Assembly (NCBI GenBank): GCA_009914755.4
Contig: CP068257.2
Location: 39,840,001 to 39,904,000, forward strand
Direction: 5' to 3'
DNA: 64,000 nucleotides
Source of the DNA: the human T2T-CHM13v2.0 reference genome, Homo sapiens
In this document: positions 51,278 to 64,000 of the stretch, piece by piece
Layout: every line of letters begins with the position of its first letter
Numbering within the stretch: position 1 is the first letter of the stretch
Made by a program: the position numbers and the translations under genes
The notes under the pieces: generated by a model
Told to the model about the DNA's origin: nothing
The model's database searches: none
The model's input: the letters and a program-made list of their open reading frames with translations, nothing else

Positions 51278-54200
51278 TCACATTCAGTCCTGTTCATCTT
51301 CAAAACAGGCATTTCCTCATTCACACAAGCTTGTACATCGCATTAACTCATTTCTGAAAGGAGCAAGACGTAAAGTAGATGGCGAGAGACAATGCTGTTT
51401 AGCGAATGCTTGCTCCTGTCATTTAAAGGACCGGGATGATGGCTCTCAATTCTGGAAAGCCAGCCACCATGAGCACTTGGGGAAATTTTCCTTTAAGTGT
51501 GAAAGAGCAACAGTGGGTGGCACTCAGGCTCCATTCCTGGCTGGCAGGGAGCTCTTCCTTCAATACAGACAGTGTCACCCACTTGAATCTCACAATGGCA
51601 CACAGCTGTCCTCGCACTGTTTTGGTCCATCCTGGACTGAGAGCTGAGTCAGCCCATGAGTCACCTGCCTGGCCACCATGCAGCAGGACGATGCTGTGGC
51701 ATCGTATCCGCATCCCATGACATGATGAAGTTACTGCCAAAACAAGAATCTTTTCTCCTAGTTTCTCTCCTCTGGAGATCTCAGGACACGTTTACTGGAG
51801 ACTTACTTTCCAAACAACCAAGCCAACGCGAATGAAGTTAGGCTTGTAGACACTGACTCCCACCCAAGATCCAGGGGTATTCTCTGCAATGAAGTCTCCA
51901 CTGACCTCACCGTGCACCATTGTGCACACACCTTCTCCTTCTCGAAGCCCCCACCTGTGACTGGTACGGTTCGAGTTGCTGGAGGTGTGAGAGGGAACAG
52001 ACAGCCTCAGACTCAGTGCCCCTTCTTCAAAATCCAGACAGCACCACCACCACCATCCACGGACACATCCCAGCCAATGACCAAATCATCAAAAAGAGCC
52101 CTTTATGCCAAAATAACCGCACTAATATCACATTATACAACGAGATGTTCTATCCTCCTAAGGATAGAATGCATGACTAAATGAGTTAGCCAACAGTGGA
52201 TTTCAGTGGCTGTTCAGCAGAAACTTGTTTATGTATAATCAGGTAAATTGCATACACAATGATTGGCACAAGAGTTCTACTGAGAGAGAAAGGTTGAGCG
52301 AGAAACAGAAAGATCACCTTAGGAGAGGTATTGCCTGCATCATCCAAGTTTCTTTTCCTGTGAATGACTCATTGTCCCAAAGAGATTACAAACTTTTTAG
52401 GGCAGATATCAGGTCTGGTTCTCTCTCTTTCTGTTTGTTTTTTAAATCTCACTTTGTAGCTTACAAAGACAGTATTTAAATGTTTTTATGGAGTTCTTAC
52501 CACCTGTACCCCAAAAACTATTGGGGAAAAATTAATAAGCATGTTTGGCAAAGTTGAGGGATACAAGATCAATATAAAAATCTATGTGTTTTTATATACC
52601 AACAACAGATGATCGGAAATGTAAATTTGAAATACAATGCAATTTGCAGGAAAAAATATATATTTTTTGAGTTCCAAAGGCCAAATGAGTAAGATGAAAT
52701 TTAGCAGAGGGCGATAAGATGCCCACACCCAGACAACACCAGCAGCCCAAGTCAGGACAGTGGGTGACCTCCCAGGAGTCCAGGTGCCTCAAGCTGAGTG
52801 CAACCTGGCATGACAGGCAGGCAGGCGGCAGAGGCCCTCAGGTCACTCCAGGCGGAGACTTCAACACCACACACAAGCCACTGGCTGAGGCTTAAAGAAC
52901 TTGTCCAAGTCAATCTGTAAAATGGGGATGATACAGAAATAGGGTTGTTGCAGGGATTAAGTGAGAAAGCAAGGCCGTAGCTCAGTGCCCAACCCATGGT
53001 GAGCACTCAATAATAACATAATGATGGCAGATAAGGTTTATCTTCCAACACGTAAGAGCCGGCTATGTGGAAAAGGAATTCAGTTTATTCTGCATACATC
53101 CAAAGGACAATACCAGAATCATGATCAGAATTTCCAGAAGAGCAGGCTTGGATTCTATCTGGGGAAATCAAGGTTCCAACAATTAGAAAGTTCACATATG
53201 GCCTGGAGCTACCTTAGAATGTACCGAATTCCTCAAACCTAAAAATGTATGTTTCAAGACTGGAGGATCATTTCTCCAACATATTCCAGAACAGAATTAG
53301 GCTTGAGCATCAAGACCAGACATAGTGATCTTTCATATTACTCCCAACTCCTTATAAATGCATCATCACCAGTGAACTTGAAAATGTCAGCAAATTCTCT
53401 GTTATCAGTATCTTGCACAAAGAACTCCAAGCCCATCGTCCCTAGAAAGCATGGTCTCCCATGACCCCTGGGCTATACTGCAGTGGGGTCAGGCTGAGTG
53501 CCCCGCCAGGACAGCCCCTTGGAAAGCAATGGCCTTAAAGGGAATTTGACACTGCATTGTGCACCTCGTACAAACAAGCAATAATAAAAAGCCTCAGCTT
53601 AGTTCCATCTGCCAAGTCAGACCTCGCTTGAAAATATTTTTCTAACAAATCCAATTGTCACAACCTCTCATTCTGAGTCCCACTTGACAGCCCCGATTTT
53701 TCCACCTAGTCTGCCCTTGAGTGAACTTCCAGACTTCTGCTGCCACAACCACAAGCCAAGGTGCCCTTCAAACACTTCCTGCTTTCTTACCACAACTCTG
53801 TGCCCTAAACTCCTCCTGCCCTCCTGCCATGGATGCCCAATGGCTCAGCGCCATCCACACATAGATGTCAGAGCCCTCACCTCCCTCTCCCAGACTCACC
53901 TCCAGGAGGATGAAAAGCCTGTCTTCGAGTTTCCTGCCCTCTCAAACTTCACTCTGTTTACAACAAAAGTAACCACCCACACCCCTGCCAGAAAACCAGC
54001 CTCGACTCCCAACCAGCGCATTTCCACTCATTCAGTTCCTCTCTCCTGACCATTGCTCAGCAACCAGGAATAACCAAGTCCCAGATCAGGCTCTGCCTCC
54101 TCCTGGAGCCCAGCCTCTGTTCTAGGTCATGCTGAAGAGCTGCCTGTGTGCTCAACCAAGCTGCTACCCTGTCACAGATCCCCCTTTTGCTCCTCCTTGG

Positions 54201-57200
54201 GTGTCCACAGGCTCGGTGGGGCCAAGGTGGTCAATGGCCATGGGGACATCATAAGCCCCCTTCTTCACACCCAGGCCCATACCCCTGGTGCTTGCAAGTC
54301 AGGGCTTCCCAAATCACCCTTAGGGCCAGGAGGGGCCCCACAAAGGCTGACTCCATACAGGCCTCAGCTCTCAGGTACATAATGCTCCTGCACCCCAATC
54401 CTGAGGCCACGCAGTGCATCCCATATTGGAGGATCCCCTGGCAGGTGTCCTGGAAAGTAAGGAGGGGCGGGGAAGAGTAGCAAAGGCCTGGTGACTGTGG
54501 GATGAGGGACACTCAGGGAGTGCAGAGCAGGAGGGACCAGAGAGCAGAAATGCACCTGGGCCTTCAATGCTCCTGGGCTCTCTGGTTCCCCACAGGGAGC
54601 TCTCCCTGCCCTCACTCTCCCCACTAGCAAGGCCACTTTCCAAGTCTTCAGCAACCAAAACTGAACAAGCACTCCATTGACCATTCACCTTTCCTTTCTA
54701 CCTCAATGTCCAAGGCTTAGATCTGATCAGTGCTCCCCAAACCCAGAATTTTCAAGAGGGCTTAGAAAAATAAATAAATAAATAAGATGCCTGGGCCCCA
54801 TTCTCAGAGTCTGATGTAATAATTGGGACCAAGGCAATGATCCCATATTATTACGAAGATCCCCTAGGGAATCTTGCCGCAGATTCAGGTGGAAAAGGGT
54901 AAGAGTTATCAGCCAGACTTTTGGTTTACATTTCCTGGTAGGGGGACAACACACTCGGATGATGATGATCGTGGTGGTGGTGGTTACTGGCATAAGGTAC
55001 TGCACGCATCTACCTTTTCACCTACAGGACATTTGCACCAGCGTCTTGTCACTCAATGCCCCCATGGCCTAGGAGGTCAGCCCTCCGCAGGCCCCCTTTC
55101 AGAGTTCCAGGCACTCTGGCCATGTCATACTGCTAGAGGGAGCAGCACGGAGCCCAGGTAGGGCTGTGGGCAGGGGCTGGGCTCTTTCAGGTCGGGGAGA
55201 ACCAGAGCCTGGCCCAGGAACAAGCCCTTTTCAATCAGGATTCCGGGCGCCTTGTTTCCAGCTTCCTTCCCTCCTTTCCTCCACTTGCTGGTAACATTCC
55301 AACATCCTGGAGGGAGAACCCAGGGAAGGATCAAAAGGAATCCGTACTGTGCCGATTGTCACTAAAGCCCCTTCTAAGCATCCTGTGTCTCCAACTCAGA
55401 GCCCGACACTGGAAGCACTGACCTATGGAGCCAGACAGGCCATGTTTATCCCCAGTTCTGCCCCTTACAGGTTACAAGATCTTGGACAAGCTTCCCAACC
55501 TCTCTTCCCCAGTTTCCTTACAATTGAGTTAAGTACATTATAAAGGGTTTGCAATGATGCCTGGCTGAAAAAAGTGCCACATCAATGTCTGTGGTTATTA
55601 TTATAATGCCAGTGCAGCCAAATATACTCCTACAATTAAGGTGACTTGAGTTCAAGATAGAGTGGCCAACGGTGCCAGGCAGGCCAGCACCTAGCAACCT
55701 GGGAGGCCCTGCCTGAGGCTCCAGCAACAGCACAAGCTTGTTGTTAGAAGGTTGTCCTTGGCTGGTGGGAATAAGGGAAGCTGCTGGGGACCAAACAAAT
55801 GTCCAAGCAGAGAACAAAAGCCCAGCCAGCTCACCAGCTGATAATTAAAAATAACCAGAGGCCGAGGTGTAGATGGCCATCTCCAGGCAGAGGTCTCAGC
55901 CCGTAGGTTGCACCCCGAACTCTCCAGCCTAGTGTGTCCTTACCCGAGGGTGTTGCTAGGTTTCATTCTAACCTCACCTGTCCAGTAGTTCTGTAGCGGA
56001 GCAGGGCAGGTCCTACTTCTTCAAAAGCACTCAGTAAAGGTGGGGAAGTCCTGAGCAACCTCCAGTGACTTTCTGGGGGAGCTCCCGGTTACCTAGCCCA
56101 CCAGGTCCTCCCTTCACAGCAGCAGCTCAGGAGCCAGGACTGACTTAGCTACTTGCGTCCCCAAGGCCCTTTGCGCTGGTAAACTCTCCCTGCCACACTC
56201 CCAACCCCCATCCTTCCTTCAGGGGAGGCTGGCTGCATCCCCACTTCCTGGAGTACCTTCCCAGATCTCCTGGGACAGGTCAACAAACTTAGTCTCACTT
56301 TAGGTTTTCCAAATGCCTTGTAACTGGGCTGCGTAGCCTTTGTAATTTTCCATGATTCGGGAGGTTCTCGCGGCTGGGAGCTCCGTGAGGTCAGGCATTG
56401 CCTTGGGCGCGATGCGCTCATCTTTCCCGCGGGACCACTGCACAGGTTCGCACGGAGGGAAGGGCTGCGCAGCCTCGAAGGCGAGCCCTGGGTGCTCCCT
56501 GCCCACAGGGCTCACCTCGGGCCGCCGTGCTATCCTTTCCTTCCCAAACAAGCCACCAGGATTCCTCGTGATTAGGGCTGCCACCAGGGCGTTCTGAACA
56601 GGATTCAGGGCCACCGCGCTGTGCTCTACGGCGGAGCGGGCGAAGGCCCTCCTCTGCCACAAGCGCTCAGGGCTCTCGGCGCACAAACTTTCTGGACATG
56701 GGGCAGTTTTTCAGCTGGACCCGTGCTCGAGCAGAGCGCCCACTGCCAGACTGGAGCACTTGACCACTCAGGGTGCCACTGTGCCGAGCCGGGCAGGACA
56801 GGATGAGGTGGACCGAAGCGCCCAGGTGCCCCGCCTTCCCCCCAACCCGGCACGGAGCGCAAGCGGAGGAGCCAGACCGGCTCCTCCCGGGCGGGTTCCT
56901 GCCGGTGCCGGGTGTCCAGGAGGCCCCGGCCCTGATCGCCGCCAGCGGGTCGCCGCAACGGGGCCTGAGTCGCGAGCAGTCCCTCCCCGAGACTGACTGG
57001 CCGTTCGCACCTCGCCCGGGGGCCCTCCAGCAGCCTGGCCCAGCGGTCCCCGCCGCGCCGGCCGTATCGTTCCCGGCATCTCAGCGAGTTTCCAGTTTCT
57101 CCCTACCTCAGTAGGGAACCAAGAAGCAGAAGGAGTTCAGGTAACACTGCGGGACTGCAGAGATTTCCCCCAAACAAAGAAGCCAACCGACAGCACTCCC

Positions 57201-57482
57201 AGTCCTCCTACCCAAAGAGAAAAGGCGCACCGGTGCTCCCAGGCGGGGGCCGTGGAGGGCAGGCGGACTAGGAGCCAGCTTTGGGGACCCCGGGGGACTC
57301 TCTTCCACCAACTGGCTAGGGACTCGCAGGACCACCTGCCCCAACCTCGCGATGCCAAGCCAACAGGGGCGGCGAGGGCTCTCGGCCGTGCGCAAGGGGT
57401 CCCAGGCGCCCAGCACTCTCCCAGCACCCCGGGAGGCGCCCTGCCCGGCTGGCCCCAGCGCTCGACCCTCGGGCGCACTCAC

Positions 57483-57537
57483 CTGCCGCGCCGCGCTCCT
57501 CACACCCGCTTTCACCTCCGGGCGGGGCAGGGGGCAT
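57483..57537 (-). CDS. TMPRSS2: TMPRSS2 alternative first exon (1b) coding part: ATG at 57537..57535, MPPAPPGGESGCEERGAA(G), spliced in frame to exon 2 to give an N-terminally extended isoform
   Basis: Donor GCGGCAG|GTGAGTGCGCC at 57483. Joining to exon 2 gives MPPAPPGGESGCEERGAAGHIEHSRYLSLLDAVDNSK-MALNSG..., an N-terminal extension I recall for the longer isoform. The exon's 5' extent is unknown. Confidence 0.7.
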
Positions 57538-57613
57538 CGGCGGGTCCCAGGCGCCCAGGTTCCCCTCCCCAGCCCGGACCCCGAGCCGGGACCCTGGTAC
57601 CGGCGCCGCTCAC

Positions 57614-57690
57614 CTGCCGCGCTCCAGGCGGCGCTCCCCGCCCCTCGCCCTCCGCCTCCGCCTCCGCCTCCTGCTTAGCTCGCGCCTACT
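57614..57690 (-). other. TMPRSS2: TMPRSS2 non-coding exon 1 (canonical). TSS about 57690, approximate
   Basis: Minus strand reads ..GTAGGCGCGAGCTAAGCAGGAGGCGGAGGCGGAGGCGGAGGGCGAGGGGCGGGGAGCGCCGCCTGGAGCGCGGCAG|GTGAGCGG. Identical to the exon 1 sequence I recall from TMPRSS2-ERG fusion reports. Lies inside the CpG island. Confidence 0.85.
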
Positions 57691-57782
57691 AGGCCCGGCC
57701 CGCCCTGGCTCTCGCTTTAATCTCAGGAGGCGGTGTCCCAGGGTCCAGGGCGACACCCCCAAGCGGGTCGCGGGTCACCCTG

Positions 57783-57812
57783 GGCGGGCGGGGGCGGGGG
57801 CGGCGGGAGGAG
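57783..57812 (-). promoter_or_regulatory. Cluster of GC boxes (GGGCGG x4, Sp1-type) about 95-125 bp upstream of the TMPRSS2 TSS
   Basis: gggcgggcgggggcgggggcggcgggagg directly upstream (minus-strand sense) of exon 1. No TATA box evident, typical of a CpG-island promoter. Confidence 0.6.
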
Positions 57813-58801
57813 GCGTTTCCCAAGGGAAGTCCGGGACGGGTTCCCTGCCTGGCTCAACCCCGGCTGCGGAGGGACCCATAAGGGACTCTGGGGCGCTTCC
57901 CGGGCCCGGCCACAGCGGCCAACCTGCCCCTCTCCGGTCCGCGGCGCAGCGCTGCCCGAGGGCTCGAGTTTGGGTTAAGGAAGGGGATTCTGGGGAGCGC
58001 TCCTGGAGTCCTGGGTGAGCCCCCGGAGCTGCTACCTCACGAGCTCCTGTAGGCGGCCGGCCCCGTCTTGGCCTCCGGGGAACCCACTGTAGCCTCTGGG
58101 CAAGGACCCAGGGTAGGCCTTGGGGACTGCTGGCCCAAGCACGAGTGGCGGGGACACAGCGCCGGACGCCCAAGACCCTCCCCAGTCCGCCTAGGCTGGC
58201 ATTTCTTGGCCCCCACCAGCGTCCGGTGGAAAGGGCTCCCCCGGATGGTCCCAGGTCTCTCGGCACCACCGGCCAGGGCGGGAGTGAGGAAGTGGTGGGA
58301 CACACCTCAGCCAGGAAGACGTGGCTGTTCCCGGGCACTTGAGAGGTTCTTTCTAATGTTTGCAATTGTGGGGGCTCAGAATTCACCAGAATTTAATAGG
58401 ACCGTAGACCAGAATTCATCACCCCAAGTAGGACTGGAGGAGACCAGAATCTGCTACCCCAACATAGTCCTCTTTGGCACATTGATGATTTGGAACTGGT
58501 TATGTTGAGGAACTGCAGACACCAGAGTACCTCTGAGAAAATGCCCTTTTGTAAAGGAAATTTGCACCTATAAAGGAAATGTTTGTTAGTCAGCAGATCT
58601 GTACCAGGAAGAGAGCTGTTCCCGGACAACTTTTATCACCTGGGAAACTTTTATCTGCCTCACACGGCAACCTGCGTTCACCAGACACCTCCTCTCCTCA
58701 CGCTCCCCTCACTCCTCCACCGCTCCCCAGAAGCCTCAAACCCCCATTTCTTTCTGTCACTCAGAGTGACAGATAAGCCTCAATCATCGGGCTGCTGCAC
58801 C

Positions 58802-59106
58802 TTTTTTTTTTCGTGTGTTTTTTTTTCCCCCAGAAGGGGTCTCACTCTGTTGCCCAGGTTGGAGTGCAGTGGCTCAATCATGGCTCATGGCAGCTTCAAC
58901 CTCCCAGGGCACAAGTAATCCTCCCACCTCAGCCTCCCGAGTAGCTGGGACTAGAGGCGTGTGCCACCACGCCCAGCTAATTTAATTTTTTGTAGAGATG
59001 GGGGTCTCCCTATGTTGCCCAGACTGGTCTCCAATCTGGGCTCAAGCGATCCACCTGCCTTGGCCTCCCAAAGTGCTGGGATTACAGGTGTGAGCCCCCG
59101 CACTGG
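58802..59106 (-). mobile_element. Alu SINE, about 1.1 kb upstream of the TMPRSS2 TSS
   Basis: T-run, ggggtctcactctgttgcccaggttggagtgcagtggctcaatcatggctcatggcagc...ggtgtgagcccccgcactgg. Confidence 0.85.
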
Positions 59107-59779
59107 ACCCCTCACTCACCTGGCCTGTTCTTTAAGTCTCATATTCTTGTGGGATTCCCATCTGTGAGTACATACATTAAAACAGCTTTTCTCCTGTTCA
59201 TCTATTTGATGCCAATTTAATTTGTAGACTAGCTGAACGAACTAGAAGGGTAGAGGGGAAGCATGTTTTCTCCTCCCCTGCATAATATACAAATCAACAT
59301 GATTTGCTTTAAAATGAGGTGGAAGCAGAAAAAAGCCCCATTCAGTCCCATCCCAGGCTGCCTTGGCTCACTGCTCCCTTCCTGGGAAGCTCTCCCGGAA
59401 GCCTCCTGTGGGGCAGGACTTTCCTAGTAAACCCTTCCCTCTCACTCCCTCCTTTGGCACCTTTTGTGGTCTGCTGGTGGCACCCACAACAGGGATTGTC
59501 CCCAATATGCCCCAGCCCTCCCCATCCCCCACACTGCCCTGCGCTCTGCCCCAGTGGGAAACCCTCAAAGACCCTCTCCAGCACATAGGGCAGGTGCAGT
59601 TGTCTTTCAGCGGCAACTCACTTATTTCTGTCTTGACAGTGTGTTTGGTGCCTACTAATTCCACCCAGAAACCAGGGAGTAAGTGCTGCCGCAGACTCAG
59701 GCCTCTTGGAGTGGTTGTTCATTCACCATTTATTTTTCCTTTTATATTAATAATCAGGGTTCTCCAGAGAAACAGAAAC

Positions 59780-60010
59780 AATAGGAGAAATACAAATATA
59801 TACACACATATACATATGCACACACATGTATATACACACATCTATATTTCTATATATTATTTATAAATATTATAAATATCTTATATATTATAAATACATA
59901 TAAATATATACATAAACATGTATTTTATATGCATAATATAATACAGATATGATATATATTATACACAGCTTATATGTAATAAATATTATTTATAATATAT
60001 ATAAAGATTT
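59780..60010. repeat. AT-rich low-complexity or simple repeat (TA, TATACA and ATAAAT motifs)
   Basis: atatatacacacatatacatatgcacacacatgtatatacacacatctatatttctatatattatttataaatattataaat... Confidence 0.85.
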
Positions 60011-60437
60011 ACTATAAGAAATTGACTCATACAATTACGGAGGGTGAGAAGCTCTACAATCTGCCATCTACAGACTGGAGACCCAGGAAAGCTGGTGTTG
60101 TAGCTTTCAAAGTCCTGAGAGCCAGAGAACTAGAGAGCAGATGGAACAGATTCCAGTCCAGGTCTGAAGGCCTGAGAACCAGGAGTGCTGAGGGCAGGAG
60201 AGGATCAAAGTCCAGCTCACACAGTCAGGCAGAGAGCAAATTCAACCTTCCTCCCCTTTTCTGTTCTATTCAGGCTCTCAACCGATTGCCCAAATTGAAG
60301 GCAATCAGCATTACACAGTCTTTTCAAACATTAATCTCTTCCAAAAACACCCTCACACGCAGACACCCAGAAATAATGTTTAACCAGTTACCTGGGCATC
60401 CCATGACCAAGTCAGCTTGACACATAAAATTAACCAT

Positions 60438-60713
60438 GGCTGGATGCAGTGGCTCCCACCTGTAATCCCACCATTTAGAAGGCTGAAGTGGGAGGATCTC
60501 TTGAGCCCAGGAGTTTGAGACTAGCCTGGACACCATAGCAAGATCCTGCCTCTACAAAAAGTTTATTAAAAATTAGCCAAGTGTGGTGGTGCGCACCCGT
60601 AGCCCAAGGTACTTGGGAGGCTAAAGTGAGAGGATCAGTTGAGCCCAGGAGTTTGAGGCTGCAGTGAGCTTTGATTGTGCCACTGTACTCCAGCTTGTAT
60701 GACAGAATGTGAC
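60438..60713 (+). mobile_element. Alu SINE (old AluJ-like, no polyA tail)
   Basis: ggctggatgcagtggctcccacctgtaatcccaccatttagaaggctgaagtgggaggatctcttgagcccaggagtttgagac...ccactgtactccagcttgtatgacagaatgtgacc. Confidence 0.8.
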
Positions 60714-62253
60714 CTTAGTTTTATCTAAGCATGAATATATATGCCACCATAAGTTGACCCCTTGTCGACTTCACACCTACACATCTCCTTACACCATACT
60801 TTATCTCTAAAGACAATAGCAAAGTAATAATTTTGCCTAATGTGATAAAACTCTTCTGCATACAACCAAAAAATGCACTAAGCCCTTCCCCAGAAGTGGA
60901 TGTAAAATTCTCCAGTGTTTACACTTCTCCTTGGTATTCCATAACTTAAATACCATAATGTAAAATTAACAATACTTAATACAATGATATAAAGTCAATA
61001 TGCCTTAAGTTATGTAATAAAGGAATATGAGAGAAAAGACAACAGAGATATATACTGTATATACAAATATGTGCACAAATGTATTTAGAAAAAAATAATG
61101 AGAAAATACTCGTGACAATCTAATGCTTTATAACAGGTTGCATGGGCAATAGCTGGTGTTTGTAACTGTCTTCTTCCACTACCCACTCTGCGTTCCCTCT
61201 GCCTTCGGGAAGCATGACAGCTGGTCATGGTTCTTAACCTGATGGAGTGATACAAACCTTCATTCCTCAAGGGTCTGGGCCATTAATAGCCCTGCCTGGA
61301 TTGTGTTGTAGTTTTCCATTGACCTTAATCACAAGCATGGTAAAACTAAAAGATGCCCTAAGGAATCGTTGTATTCCAGACACACTCTTCCTTACCTTCC
61401 TGGTGGAGTAGAAGTAGTCTATAGCTTCTCCTTGGTAGTCCAGATGGGTCTCCCCAGCCAATGCATAACTCTCTCTTTGCCTTTTGATTCAGAGGCATGT
61501 GGAGCTCAGCGTGGCCAGGTGGCAGTCGTAAATTCTAGTTTAATTGAATCATTGTTGTGTCTCCTGGTGGCAGCATTCCTCCCTCCGGAACTAAGACCTC
61601 TAGGTCAGCAGAGCGTAAAGTCACAGAAACAGCAAGCGAAAATTTTGCTAGTGGGCCACTTGGAGTAATAGTGCGTGGTGCCACTCCCATTTCCACCCCT
61701 TGATTCCTGGACCAGTGAATCCTGGCTATGGGAGAAACAGCACCGCATATTGGATGCTGATTTGGAGCATACACAGCTTTCTGGAGAACCTTGCCCCAGC
61801 CTGCAGAGCATTGTCCCCTAGCCAGCACTGTAACTGCATCTTCAAAAGGCGATTCCACTATTCTATCAAGTCAGCTGCTTCATGGGGGTGGGGAATATGG
61901 GAAGATCAGTCGATTCCATGAGCATAAGCCCATTGCCATGCTTCTTTGAGAAGTCAGTTCCTTGGTCAAAAGCAATGCTATGTGGAATACCATGATGGTG
62001 GATGAGGCATTCTGTGAGTTCCACCAGAAGCGCTGTGTGCAGGGAAGACAAATCTGTATCCAGACTGCCTATTCCAGTAAGGACAAAATGCTGCCCCTTC
62101 CATACTGAAGGTGGTCCAATGTAATCCACCTGACACCAGGTTGCTGCCTGATCATCTGGGGAACCGTGCCATATCAGAGCCTTGGTGCTGGCCTCTGCTG
62201 CTGGCAGATGGGCACTCAGTTGTGGCTGTAGCCAGTTTGGCCTTGTTCAGTAG

Positions 62254-62646
<393 letters not shown>

Positions 62647-62671
62647 CACTTTATGACTAAAGTCTTCTCCT

Positions 62672-63040
<369 letters not shown>

Positions 63041-64000
63041 TCAGAGAAGTCTGTCTACATACCTCTGTCCCAAATTTACCACCAATTTTCCTATCATGTT
63101 TCTTCCAAGTCCCTGACTATCCAGCCACAACATTGATTACAGCCCATGAATCCATATATAATTGCATGTCTGGCCATTTCTCCTTCGAAGCAAAGTGCAC
63201 AAGCAGGTGCACTGCCCTACGTTCTTCCCACTGGGAAGATTTCCCTTCACCACAATCCTTCTGGGGTGTCCCAGAAAAGGGCTGTGGTGCTGCAGCTGGG
63301 TACTTCTGGGTGGTGCCAGCACATGGTGCTGAACCGTCTGTAAACCAGGCCTGGGTCTTCTCTTTCTCTGTCACCTGATCATAGGGAACTTCCCATGTGG
63401 CCATGGGTGCAGGCAGGGGGGCAGAGAAGGCAGTGTAGCAGGAGTGGAGACCATGAACATTGGGTCACTTCTTTATGTAACCTACTTAAGCTTTCAGGAC
63501 CTGATCAGGCCTGACCACATATAGACACTTCCATTTGACGATGGAGTGCTGCTGTGCATCCTCAGATTTATGACGTGGTGGGGCAGGTAACATCCAGTCC
63601 ACGACGGGAGCTCAGGTCACATGGTAACTTGTTGGCCCATGGTCAAGTCTTCCATCTCTACTAAGGCCTGGTAGCTGGCTAAGAGCTATTTCTCAAAAGG
63701 AAAGTATTTATCTGTGGAGGATGGCAAGGCTTTGCTTCAAATCCTCAGGGCCTGTGCTACAATTCACCTCCAGGGCCTGCAAACAGCTCCATATCACATC
63801 TCTCTCTGTCACTGAAACTTCAGGCACCATTGGATCTGCTGGGTCCTATGGCCCAGGTGTCAGAGCAGCTTGCACAGCAGCCTGGCGTGTTGTAAAGCCT
63901 TTTCCTGTTCTGGGGCCCACTCAAAACTAGCATCTTTTCAGGTCACTCAGTAAGTGGCCCAGAGTAACACATCCAACTGTGTTGCCTCCAAAATCCAAAG

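Larger units (their letters stand above)
56350..58300. promoter_or_regulatory. TMPRSS2: CpG island spanning the TMPRSS2 promoter, both first exons, and about 1.2 kb of intron 1
   Basis: Sustained high G+C and CpG density (CGCG, GCGC runs). CpG is depleted on both sides. Confidence 0.85.

Noticed and set aside
58321-58335. Possible androgen-response-element-like half site (GGAACAgccACGTCT on the minus strand) upstream of the promoter
   Set aside because: Only one good half-site is present and the second half matches 3 of 6 bases. The well-characterised androgen-responsive enhancer of TMPRSS2 lies farther upstream than this window extends. I cannot support an ARE call from sequence alone.
56300-58508. 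Many overlapping 100-200-aa ORFs on both strands (e.g. 57775-58386, 57252-57692, 57108-57515)
   Set aside because: They are a GC-rich CpG-island artefact. Stop codons are AT-rich and rare here, and the ORFs overlap each other in all frames. The only supported coding start in this region is the 19-codon alternative exon 1b.

Overview
This window is human genomic DNA, not a prokaryotic or accessory locus. It matches the chr21q22.3 MX1-TMPRSS2 region. It holds the last two coding exons of MX1 (MxA) on the + strand, ending about 7.9 kb, then a roughly 5.3 kb intergenic spacer. All 14 exons of TMPRSS2 follow on the - strand (polyA near 13.25 kb, TSS near 57.69 kb), with a CpG-island promoter, an alternative first exon, and about 6 kb of upstream flank. 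The TMPRSS2 call rests on exact in-frame reconstruction of the full 492-aa CDS (1,479 nt) with canonical GT/AG at every junction. It includes the LDLRA, SRCR and trypsin-like protease domains, the R|IVGG activation site and the H/D/S catalytic triad. The rest is interspersed repeats: about 27 Alu elements, two L1 3' ends, MaLR/THE1 LTR elements, several MIRs, and a degenerate ERV pol (RNase H plus integrase) remnant upstream of TMPRSS2. There is also one large G-rich minisatellite of about 2.76 kb inside TMPRSS2 intron 8. That minisatellite accounts for the 1043-aa and other long low-complexity ORFs in the six-frame track. No CRISPR, rRNA or tRNA was seen. I see no evidence for a novel gene system. 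The second-look items are structural: the minisatellite (likely VNTR, G4-prone), the convergent MX1/TMPRSS2 layout, twin first exons, inverted Alu pairs, and small tandem duplications. Coordinates of repeat boundaries are approximate (about +/-10 bp).
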